Part shown: piece by piece, positions 56,712 to 64,000 of the stretch
Position numbering within the stretch: position 1 is the first letter of the stretch
Layout: each line of letters starts with the position of its first letter
Program-made: the position numbers and the translations under genes
The notes under the pieces: model-generated
What the model was told of the DNA's origin: nothing
Seen by the model: the letters and a program-made list of their open reading frames with translations, nothing else
Databases searched by the model: none
IMG/VR virus record: IMGVR_UViG_3300034410_000463
Location: 19,334-83,333 of that record
Length of the DNA: 64,000 bases
Direction: 5' to 3' (one strand)
Origin: a virus
Taxonomy: Duplodnaviria; Caudoviricetes

Positions 56712-56719
56712 TATTTATA
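56712..56719 (-). promoter_or_regulatory. Possible T4-type late promoter upstream of nrdA
   Basis: TATAAATA overlapping the thyA stop codon. Confidence 0.45.
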
Positions 56720-57581
56720 CTGCCATATTTGCTTTTATTGTATCATGGTGCAAATAATTTGTCAACTTAAAAGATTTGATTTCGTCAATTCTAAAATAAG
56801 TGTCGTTTAAATCTAATTTAAATGTTGGATTAATTTCTAGCTCTGGCAATGGGTAATGATCTCGAGACAATTGTTCCTTTACTTGATCAAAGTGGTCATT
56901 GTAAATATGAGCATCTCCAATGGTATGAACAAACTCTCCAACTTCTAGACCACAGTGACGAGCTATAATATGTGTTAATAAAGCATATGATGCAATATTA
57001 AACGGCACACCTAGAAAGGCATCGGCACTTCTCTGATACATTTGACAACTTAGCCTACCATTATATACTCTAAACTGAGCAAAGGTATGACAAGGCGGTA
57101 GTGCCATCTTATCAATTTCTGGTGGATTCCAAGCACTTAAAATAATACGTCTACTATCTGGATTATTTTTTATTTGTCCGATGATTGTTTTGATTTGATC
57201 ATCACCATTAAAGTTGCGCCATTGTGAACCATAAACAGGTCCAAGCTCTTTACGCATTGAGCCATTGTGATAACCAAGATCTTTGCCTTGTTTATCTGCA
57301 TTGGCTGTCCAAATAGTTTGTTTCTTTGAAAGGCTTAAACGGTTTTCTTTAAAAGTTAATTCAGCGAGACGTCTTTCGTCTGTGCTTCCTTCAAGAAACC
57401 ATAGCAATTCTGCAACAACTGATTTCCATGCAAGACGTTTGGTAGTAACGGCAGGAAAGCCATCTTGTAAATTAAATCTCATTTGATAACCAAATATAGA
57501 ACGAGTACCCGTTCCTGTCCGATCATTTACATCTTCACCAAACTCTAGGATGTCCTCTAGTAATTTATGATAATTTTTCAT
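56715..57581 (-). CDS. thyA: Thymidylate synthase
   Basis: DRTGTG, ELLWFL, LGPVYG, ALPPCH, YQRSAD, GVPFNIASY, AHIY. Confidence 0.97.
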   Translation of the reverse strand: MKNYHKLLEDILEFGEDVNDRTGTGTRSIFGYQMRFNLQDGFPAVTTKRLAWKSVVAELLWFLEGSTDERRLAELTFKENRLSLSKKQTIWTANADKQGKDLGYHNGSMRKELGPVYGSQWRNFNGDDQIKTIIGQIKNNPDSRRIILSAWNPPEIDKMALPPCHTFAQFRVYNGRLSCQMYQRSADAFLGVPFNIASYALLTHIIARHCGLEVGEFVHTIGDAHIYNDHFDQVKEQLSRDHYPLPELEINPTFKLDLNDTYFRIDEIKSFKLTNYLHHDTIKANMAV

Positions 57582-58053
57582 TCAAAGTCCATTTAGTAAT
57601 TGTTCCAAAATCTCTTTCATCAATAGATTCAGCAGAATATTTTTCTGTAATTAATTCTTTATCTAAGAACGTATCACAATCATAACTGCCTTCTACTTCG
57701 TTCAGCCATAACTCATCTATAATATCTAAACAAGAGTGTACAAGCTGTGCGCCACCAATAATCCATACTGGTAACTCATAATTTAAATTTACAATCTGTT
57801 GTTTGATTTGTGCAGTAAAAACATTATCAGGTACTTTTGGCCATTCATAATCATAGTTGCTTGTTATGACAATGTTTGATCTTTTCGGCAATTTGAATGG
57901 TAGACTTTCCCAAGTCTTGCGTCCCATAATTACTGCAGAGTTTAGTGTACATTCTTTAAACCACTTTAAATCTTCGGGGTTCTTTTCCCAAGGTAAGTCG
58001 CCATCTTTACCTATGCCCCAATCTTTGTCGTGAGCAAGTATTGCTCTTATCAT
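57565..58053 (-). CDS. folA: Dihydrofolate reductase
   Basis: GIGKDGDLPW, VIMGRKTWES, IIGGA, CDTF; ATG 58053. Confidence 0.95.
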   Translation of the reverse strand: MIRAILAHDKDWGIGKDGDLPWEKNPEDLKWFKECTLNSAVIMGRKTWESLPFKLPKRSNIVITSNYDYEWPKVPDNVFTAQIKQQIVNLNYELPVWIIGGAQLVHSCLDIIDELWLNEVEGSYDCDTFLDKELITEKYSAESIDERDFGTITKWTLNEKLS

Positions 58054-59060
58054 GTTTTTCTCCAAGCCTGAAATTTTAATTCTGCCTGTAAACCTTTATG
58101 TGTATTGTCTTCAATTAGCTTTTCAACATTAACACCTTTAAGATGCATGTCATTAATATCTTTTGCTACGACATTATCAGGCCATATACAAATCCTGTAA
58201 CCTTGCTTAATAACTTTTTCCATACGCTTATGGATTTCTTTATTACGTGGTTCAGCATCAAATACATATATTGCGTTTTCGTTTGCAGAATTACCGTTGC
58301 CTTCAGCACCATTCATAGAGATAGCATTTTCAAGGAACATACTATCCAAAGCGCCTTCAACAATATAATATGGATGTTCTAGATTAACTCTATCAAGACC
58401 AAATATCTTAGGTCTTTCTTCGAACATAATAGTTATATATCTAATTCCCTTAGGATTAAATCCACGAGCTGATACACCAAAGCATTTACCATTTTCATCA
58501 ACAAAAGGTATTACGAGTCTTGATTCATCTTTGCCTATTTTACTAGTATCAAACTTATCAGGAATGATAGTATTAATCCAAGTCATAAACTTAGGAGCAA
58601 AGAACATTCTATAATGATGTTGAGATGGAATTTGCCGTGATACAACATACTTCTTTATTGGATGGTTGAAGTCAAGTTGAGAAACTTTCTTTAATCCTTT
58701 GAGAGGATCTTTCTTAAATACTGGAGCTTTTGTTTTAAACTGATCAGTATTATCTTTTTTAGTATCGTCAGCATGAGTATTTGCCACAAACTTTTCAGCA
58801 ACATAATCATTGTACAGTAGAGGATCGATAGTCTTTAGAAAGAAGCTATAGCCCATAGACGCACCACAGTTATGACAATAATAGGAGAACTTGTTATCCC
58901 TTTCTAGAAGCCAACCGCGGGACTTAGAGCGACTCTTTTGTGAATCACCACATATAGGACAACGGAAGTTAATTTTATAAGGATTGGTATGCTTTATCTT
59001 AAAGTTTTCAAGACGACCAGATAACATTTGAGCATACTGTATATCAACAAATTCTGCCAT
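58050..59060 (-). CDS. gp61: DNA primase gp61
   Basis: FRCPICGDS, CHNCG, RLVIP, IVEGALDS, DINDM. Confidence 0.95.
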   Translation of the reverse strand: MAEFVDIQYAQMLSGRLENFKIKHTNPYKINFRCPICGDSQKSRSKSRGWLLERDNKFSYYCHNCGASMGYSFFLKTIDPLLYNDYVAEKFVANTHADDTKKDNTDQFKTKAPVFKKDPLKGLKKVSQLDFNHPIKKYVVSRQIPSQHHYRMFFAPKFMTWINTIIPDKFDTSKIGKDESRLVIPFVDENGKCFGVSARGFNPKGIRYITIMFEERPKIFGLDRVNLEHPYYIVEGALDSMFLENAISMNGAEGNGNSANENAIYVFDAEPRNKEIHKRMEKVIKQGYRICIWPDNVVAKDINDMHLKGVNVEKLIEDNTHKGLQAELKFQAWRKT

Positions 59061-59144
59061 AATAATTCCATAAAGTTAAGGTATAGGTACATTATACCAC
59101 AGAAGCAGCACAATGTACACTATTATTTTCAATTCTTATATGTT

Positions 59145-59173
59145 ATTATATATTAAGATGTGCTAATTGTCAA
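59145..59173 (-). promoter_or_regulatory. sigma70 promoter for primase
   Basis: TTGACA-N17-TATAAT. Confidence 0.78.
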
Positions 59174-59670
59174 CTGCCAACGAGTGCTGTCCAGTTTACT
59201 TCAGCCGCGACTAATAGAACAGCAACACCGATACCCATAATGTACCATCTCCACTGTTCTAATATTTTAATACGATCATCGATTCTTGTCAACCGTACTT
59301 CGAGTGCGCCGTTCATTTTACCAAGTTGAAGCATAATTTCGTCATTGCGCTGTTTACGATCTAATTTAGTTTCATTAGCTAGCAGCTGGTGATCTTCTCT
59401 AGAAGATTTGCGGTGATCTTCTAGACGTCGGTGTATTACTTCAGCTCTTTTAATATCTTCTTCTTTAATTTCGCTTGCACGTGCTTCAAGGTCTTCTAAT
59501 TTATCTGCAGTATTTTTAAGAATTTCACCCTGAACCGCAACTTTTTGCGATATTTCGGTCATTGCTTCTAGTGCTGTGTCGAACTTATCAAAAAATCTTT
59601 CGATTTGTTTAATATCTTTTTTAATCAGAGCTACGTCTGTTTTTAAATTTTTGTCGGTGATATCTGTCAC
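59170..59670 (-). CDS. Coiled-coil protein with C-terminal TM (possible lysis accessory)
   Basis: Heptad-rich; QWRWYIMGIGVAVLLVAA; follows the spanins. Confidence 0.55.
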   Translation of the reverse strand: MTDITDKNLKTDVALIKKDIKQIERFFDKFDTALEAMTEISQKVAVQGEILKNTADKLEDLEARASEIKEEDIKRAEVIHRRLEDHRKSSREDHQLLANETKLDRKQRNDEIMLQLGKMNGALEVRLTRIDDRIKILEQWRWYIMGIGVAVLLVAAEVNWTALVGS

Positions 59671-59695
59671 GCTACCTGTTCCTCGGTTTAAATAG

Positions 59696-59732
59696 AAAAA
59701 AAGCCCTGGAACTATTTTTAATCACAGGGCCT
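59696..59732 (-). terminator. Probable intrinsic terminator
   Basis: GCCCTG...CAGGGC stem with long loop and U-run. Confidence 0.5.
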
Positions 59733-59760
59733 ACTACATTCTATACTCTAACAAGTCTAT

Positions 59761-60117
59761 TTATTCATCAAAGGCATTCTCGTATAAAATAATTATACTT
59801 TTTTGTTGGCTGATATATGCCCTAAGGTCGCTTAAGTTTAAAGCAATCTTATTGTAATTATCAGTGGTGAGTGCAAAGAAAACCTTATCGCCTTTCATTT
59901 CAGCGAAGATCTCATCTATGTTATCTGCCGTAACTACTACAAATTCTACATCACGAAGATCTAGAACGTCAGGCGTAGGTACGATAGGTGCTGGGGGAGT
60001 AACGTATTCTGTTTCAGTTATTATTTTCGCTGGTGGCGCCACTGGAGTCGATGAGCACGCCGTTAGCAATAAGATCATCGTAAATCCAAGGACACTCGCT
60101 GTTAAATGATTTACCAT
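59761..60117 (-). CDS. o-spanin (Rz1-like lipoprotein)
   Basis: Lipobox LLTAC; Pro-rich linker; overlaps the i-spanin 3' end. Confidence 0.82.
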   Translation of the reverse strand: MVNHLTASVLGFTMILLLTACSSTPVAPPAKIITETEYVTPPAPIVPTPDVLDLRDVEFVVVTADNIDEIFAEMKGDKVFFALTTDNYNKIALNLSDLRAYISQQKSIIILYENAFDE

Positions 60118-60535
60118 TCTTCGCGCTCCTTTCTATATCAGTCAAGGCTGCACCAGATAGTATTTCGAAACAACGATTTACTTTCTTTGATGCGTTATTC
60201 AAAACTCTTTCAACTAATACTGGTTTAGCAACACCAAGTGCTCCTAAATCATGTTTACCTAAACGAGTTCTGAGTTTATTGTTTTGAGAACGAATGTCAC
60301 CAAACTTAGCTTGAAGTTCGTTATATTGATCTCTTTGTTTTTCGAAGTTAGCTTCCATCTTAGCAATGGTATCAACATTTTTAAGATTTACTTCTTCCAA
60401 TCGGTCTACATTAGCTGTTAACGTGGCGTTATAAGCTGTTATAGTTTCAATTTTAGCTTGGGTGGTGTTGTAATACCATACGAAACCACCACCCATCACT
60501 AAGATTATTAGACCTGTATACATAAACGAAGGCAT
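60014..60535 (-). CDS. i-spanin (Rz-like)
   Basis: N-terminal TM, coiled coil, two Cys. Confidence 0.8.
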   Translation of the reverse strand: MPSFMYTGLIILVMGGGFVWYYNTTQAKIETITAYNATLTANVDRLEEVNLKNVDTIAKMEANFEKQRDQYNELQAKFGDIRSQNNKLRTRLGKHDLGALGVAKPVLVERVLNNASKKVNRCFEILSGAALTDIERSAKNGKSFNSECPWIYDDLIANGVLIDSSGATSENNN

Positions 60536-60541
60536 GGGATA

Positions 60542-61069
60542 TTACTTGCTGCAGTAAGAGGCGTATAGACCTTCAAACTTTGCTTTGCCACAACCGTATT
60601 CATCATTGATTTTCTTAAACATATCTGCTTTAGAAGTTTTTGGATGAAGTGATTTCATTGCTGCACCGATTTCTTCATCAGCGCCAGAGTAATTTTCGTT
60701 CTTTTTAAAGAAGCCTTTGATCTTGTCACCTACAGTTTTCTTCTTAGGTGGCTGTGCACTAGCTGCTTTAGCTTGAGCTACAGCTGCTTTTCTTAATGCG
60801 TCTGAGAAGTTTTCGTCGACAGACTCATTTTTTTCATCTTCGTCTTCGTCTTCGTCTTCGTCCTCATCATCATCCTGGTCTTCTACTTCTTCGTCATCTT
60901 TATCTTCTTCATCTTCGTCATCAGCATCTTTTGCTTTTGCTTCCATGATTTCGATATATTTTTCTTCAAGCTTGGTAGTAATACGAGTTTGAATCTCTTC
61001 TTCGAACGCCTCTTTCATTTCGAGAGGGCGACCTGCCATTGCTTCTTGTACAATTTTCTCTAAAGACAT
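60542..61069 (-). CDS. gp67-like prohead core protein with C-terminal extension
   Basis: Helical N-terminus followed by a poly-Asp/Glu tract, as in T4 gp67; AATAAATA at 61109-61116. Confidence 0.6.
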   Translation of the reverse strand: MSLEKIVQEAMAGRPLEMKEAFEEEIQTRITTKLEEKYIEIMEAKAKDADDEDEEDKDDEEVEDQDDDEDEDEDEDEDEKNESVDENFSDALRKAAVAQAKAASAQPPKKKTVGDKIKGFFKKNENYSGADEEIGAAMKSLHPKTSKADMFKKINDEYGCGKAKFEGLYASYCSK

Positions 61070-61114
61070 GTTAATCTCCTTGTTTAATTTAATATGATAT
61101 TGTTAATCTATTTA

Positions 61115-61966
61115 TTATCCAAGCAACTTTGCCTGGGTAGCTGGACCAACGATACCATCTGCGACTAGACCGTTTAGTTTTTGCCATTTTTTAACTGCTG
61201 TTTGTGTTCCAAAGCCAAAATCTCCATCAGCTGCAATGCCGAGTGCCTTTTGCATCTTTGCAACATCATCTCCTTTCATGCCCTTACGTAATGTACGAAC
61301 TTCTTTGGATTTTTTGCCTTCTCCACCAGCTTTACATTTGCCGGCAAGAATAGCTTTTGCGTCTTTATAACGCTTATCCCGATCTTCTAATCCAATAGTA
61401 CCACCATTAATTTTCTTGGTTAGCCCTAGATTATCATCATTATCGGCATATTTTTCTAATTTGTTTGTTTTCCAGAACCAACAGGCTGATTCGATTGCTC
61501 CTGCTGGTGTTGCAACATATTCTGCTGCTTCTTCAGCTGACATGTCGACTGATTTTCCAAATGCTGTATAATTATTTCTACCTGTAAGTTGCTTAATGCC
61601 ACGACCCCTAAATCTCCAGCCGTCACCATCGTCGGTATTGCCCAAGGCACCGCGCTTAGATCTGAATTCATCTTGGTAAACATAGTTCGCAATCTTCTTA
61701 GGATCCCGCGCGTAATCTTTAGCATCTCTTTTTCCTTCACCAAAGTAACGACCAAACACACTATTAAGTGCTTTTTCGCTATAGTTTAAATTTTCTTCAA
61801 GACGAGTAAAATCAGCTGACTCGTGAGCACATTGTGCCATAAAACCAGCGATACGTAGATCGGTAGTAATATCATATGCTTTAAAAAGTTGTTGAGCTGC
61901 GTCGTACCACTCTTCTGGATTTTTATTCCGTGGAATCATCGCGCTAAATTGTTCTAGTGTAATCAT
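61115..61966 (-). CDS. Endolysin: GH19 catalytic domain plus peptidoglycan-binding domain
   Basis: FMAQCAHES, EENLNYS, FRGRGIKQLTGRNNY, KKINGG; C-terminal DGDFG...ADGIVGPAT. Confidence 0.92.
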   Translation of the reverse strand: MITLEQFSAMIPRNKNPEEWYDAAQQLFKAYDITTDLRIAGFMAQCAHESADFTRLEENLNYSEKALNSVFGRYFGEGKRDAKDYARDPKKIANYVYQDEFRSKRGALGNTDDGDGWRFRGRGIKQLTGRNNYTAFGKSVDMSAEEAAEYVATPAGAIESACWFWKTNKLEKYADNDDNLGLTKKINGGTIGLEDRDKRYKDAKAILAGKCKAGGEGKKSKEVRTLRKGMKGDDVAKMQKALGIAADGDFGFGTQTAVKKWQKLNGLVADGIVGPATQAKLLG

Positions 61967-62556
61967 TTTGTAGGTGCTCCCATAATATCTCTAAGTTTCT
62001 TTTTCTTAGACTTATTGCTTTTAGTCCATTTCGCTTGAGCTGCTTTAGACATGTGACCCGCGTCCATGCCTGCAATACCACCAGCACCAACAGAATTGGC
62101 GGCGGGTTCTTCTTCAAGTTCAGGTTTTGTATTGATGTGCTCAAATAAAGTTTCAACTTCTTCATTTAAAGCCTTGACATTTGCGTCTTCTTTGATATAA
62201 TTGACATATCGGTCATTAAATACTAATAAAGATTCTTTCATCTGTTCATCAGATATATCTTCATTTAGTAATGAATCATCGCTAAAATGCTTGTATTCTT
62301 TAATAAGGAATAAGGCAGCAGCATAAGATGCAAGCTTTGAACTACCACCCGGTAGCTTAGCAAGCAGTCTTTTCATATTGCGTACCATAACATCAAAAAC
62401 ACCCCATGCTTTCTTTTGCTTAGCATCGCGGTCTTTCTTTTTGATTAGTATATTTCCATTTTTATCAATCACACCAAGCTTAAACGCATCCCACTTTTCA
62501 AAAGGTGTTGCGAGTCTTCTTACGAATTGATAAACTAAAAATAGATCTACGACCAT
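61963..62556 (-). CDS. Conserved T4-like late protein
   Basis: YQFVRRLATPFEKWDAFKLGVIDKNG, SYAAALFLIKE. Confidence 0.7.
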   Translation of the reverse strand: MVVDLFLVYQFVRRLATPFEKWDAFKLGVIDKNGNILIKKKDRDAKQKKAWGVFDVMVRNMKRLLAKLPGGSSKLASYAAALFLIKEYKHFSDDSLLNEDISDEQMKESLLVFNDRYVNYIKEDANVKALNEEVETLFEHINTKPELEEEPAANSVGAGGIAGMDAGHMSKAAQAKWTKSNKSKKKKLRDIMGAPTK

Positions 62557-62557
62557 T

Positions 62558-62932
62558 CTAGATTTCCTTAAGTGTTTCTAATATAAAATCATTTGAGTCT
62601 ATATTACCAGAGTTTAAAATAATATCATCGTATTTAATTATTTCCGGCATGTAGTTCAAATATTCTACGAACGGTTTCAGGCAGTCATGGAACTCATGAA
62701 GCTTCATGAAGAGCATGTTAGTTGCTTCCGGACCAAACACATTATAAATTATGATTAAGTGATTCAAAATCAACCTTTCTCTTAAGTCGTCATCTTGCCT
62801 ATATCTGCCAAATAGCTTGCGCAAATATTGGAATCGCTTTAAGTCCTCTTCGAACTCAGATATATCTGAGCATTGAGGGTTATCATAATGTTTTGATGCA
62901 AACAACAGAAAAGTTGATTCTGTCAATATCAT
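62558..62932 (-). CDS. Conserved T4-like hypothetical protein
   Basis: YDNPQC, EFEEDLKRFQY, RLILNHLIIIYNVFG. Confidence 0.75.
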   Translation of the reverse strand: MILTESTFLLFASKHYDNPQCSDISEFEEDLKRFQYLRKLFGRYRQDDDLRERLILNHLIIIYNVFGPEATNMLFMKLHEFHDCLKPFVEYLNYMPEIIKYDDIILNSGNIDSNDFILETLKEI

Positions 62933-62949
62933 AATATTAATTTCTCAGT

Positions 62950-63261
62950 TTAACTGTCGGCTACGATAGTATCTTCAACTGCTGTATTTCCAGTAACACC
63001 AGCATCACCAACAGTGGCTTGATCTACTGTGCCACCTTTCATTGGTACTAAGCATTCTGCAAAGTGACGGCCATTTGCTGTATGATACAACCACCAGCCA
63101 GGACCTGTAATTCCTTTAGCTCTGTTTGACGCAACAGCTGCTTCTTCATCAGAAACAAAGATCGCATTGTCAATGTCGTGTGATTTGTTAGTGTTGGCTG
63201 CAGCGTCTTCCAAGAATTTTGGTGCTGATGCTAACTCATCGGTTTTTCCCCATAGTGCCAT
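62950..63261 (-). CDS. Late hypothetical (virion?) protein
   Basis: MALWGKTD...GITGPGWWLY; TATAAATA at 63296-63303. Confidence 0.65.
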   Translation of the reverse strand: MALWGKTDELASAPKFLEDAAANTNKSHDIDNAIFVSDEEAAVASNRAKGITGPGWWLYHTANGRHFAECLVPMKGGTVDQATVGDAGVTGNTAVEDTIVADS

Positions 63262-63295
63262 TGTATTTCTCCTAATTAGCGGGTTTTTATAATTC

Positions 63296-63303
63296 TATTT
63301 ATA
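63296..63303 (-). promoter_or_regulatory. T4-type late promoter
   Basis: TATAAATA on minus strand. Confidence 0.65.
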
Positions 63304-63307
63304 AAAC

Positions 63308-64000
63308 CTAAGCAGGTTTTGGTTTATTTTGTTGTTGGTTTTGTTTTCTCTTAGCTTCTGCTTGTTTTTGCTTAAGATCACGTACTCGTTGCTTTGCAGC
63401 CTGCATTCTTTCACGATCTTTTTGTTTTTGCTCAATAGATTTAGCTTTTTTCTCAGCAGCATCTGCTCTTCCGGCTGTGCTCATACGATTGGCAGCTTTC
63501 TTAATTCCTTTACCTGCTAATCTAGCAGTTCCGACAGCAGCTTTAGCACCTAGTTTAAATGCACCACCAACGGCTTTACCAATGAACTCGTCAAGTTGCT
63601 CTGGAGACATTGCTTCCAATTCAGCCATACTGATATTATTTTCATTAATATACTGAGCTGTAATCTGGTTAACTTGCTCTTCAGACAAAGATTCAGCTTT
63701 ATATTTGTAAGGAGCTGGTTTGCCAGATAGAGAATTTGCTTTTGGATTTTTTCTTACAAGACCTTTTGGATCTTTTAAGTGAATATCAGAATCAGTTGTA
63801 CGCTTGATTTCTGAACCAATACCTTTATGACGCTTATCAAATCTCTTTTGATGTTTGTCTTGGGCTTTCTTTGTTGCTGATCCGTAATCGCCGCCACCAG
63901 GCATTCTTTTATTTGCTGATTGCTTGTATTGCTTCATAGCTTTTTTCTTATAGCTCTTTAAAGTAGCAGGAGATAATTCGTCAAGCTGTTCTGTTTCTTC
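63308..64000 (-). CDS. 5'-truncated internal-head-type protein (start lies outside the window)
   Basis: Frame stays open to 64000: EETEQLDELSPATLKSYKKKA; later EQLDEFIGK; Lys-rich modules. Confidence 0.65.
   Translation of the reverse strand, partial: EETEQLDELSPATLKSYKKKAMKQYKQSANKRMPGGGDYGSATKKAQDKHQKRFDKRHKGIGSEIKRTTDSDIHLKDPKGLVRKNPKANSLSGKPAPYKYKAESLSEEQVNQITAQYINENNISMAELEAMSPEQLDEFIGKAVGGAFKLGAKAAVGTARLAGKGIKKAANRMSTAGRADAAEKKAKSIEQKQKDRERMQAAKQRVRDLKQKQAEAKRKQNQQQNKPKPA

Noticed and set aside
7556-59060. Introns or inteins in gp17, gp20, gp23, nrdA, nrdB, thyA or primase
   Set aside because: All are continuous and of typical length, with no splicing motifs seen
60820-60940. tcttcg/tca microsatellite-like tract
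   Set aside because: Encodes the poly-Asp/Glu tract of the gp67-like protein
897-63520. Many short opposite-strand or alternate-frame ORFs in the ORF track (e.g. 9484-10044, 15806-16195, 27795-29570 set, 55274-55618)
   Set aside because: They are shadows of well-supported genes with no RBS or motifs; those over the collagen gene reflect its repeat periodicity
1-64000. Stop-codon reassignment, tRNA genes, integrase or transposase
   Set aside because: Core genes are intact under the standard code with TAA, TAG and TGA all used as stops; intergenic gaps are short and I saw no cloverleaf or recombinase motifs by eye (a tRNAscan run would confirm)

Overview
64 kb from a large lytic T4-like myovirus (T4 supergroup), most likely infecting a marine alphaproteobacterium. 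The host inference rests on a Shemin-pathway 5-aminolevulinate synthase, an alphaproteobacterial-style porin and a SleB hydrolase. Positions 1-18.3 kb (+ strand) hold two glycan-related genes and the canonical T4 late block: gp13-14-15-16-17-18-19-20-[core]-21-22-23. Positions 18.4-64 kb (- strand) hold an array of small early genes, each group behind a near-consensus sigma70 promoter (TTGACA-N17-TATAAT, 18 copies). The same strand carries a collagen fibre/PAAR/PhoH module, rnh, ligase, glyA, nrdAB, thyA, DHFR, primase, a lysis cassette (GH19 endolysin, two-component spanin) and internal-head-type proteins. Most notable: (1) a late-promoter-driven glycan operon (RmlB-like dehydratase, methyltransferase, GT17-sulfotransferase fusion) plus a separate APS-kinase/DUF2061/nucleotidyltransferase triad, together suggesting phage-made sulfated or methylated glycans, possibly on the virion; (2) a hemA-iscA-ybaN-porin iron/heme module appended to nrdAB; (3) a capsid-targeted, repeat-containing putative polyprotein; (4) gp15 carrying a symmetrical stalk with a LamG tip; (5) promoter cassettes with direct repeats and terminator-promoter palindromes. 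No tRNAs, CRISPR arrays, introns or inteins were seen. All protein calls come from motif recognition by eye, not database searches.
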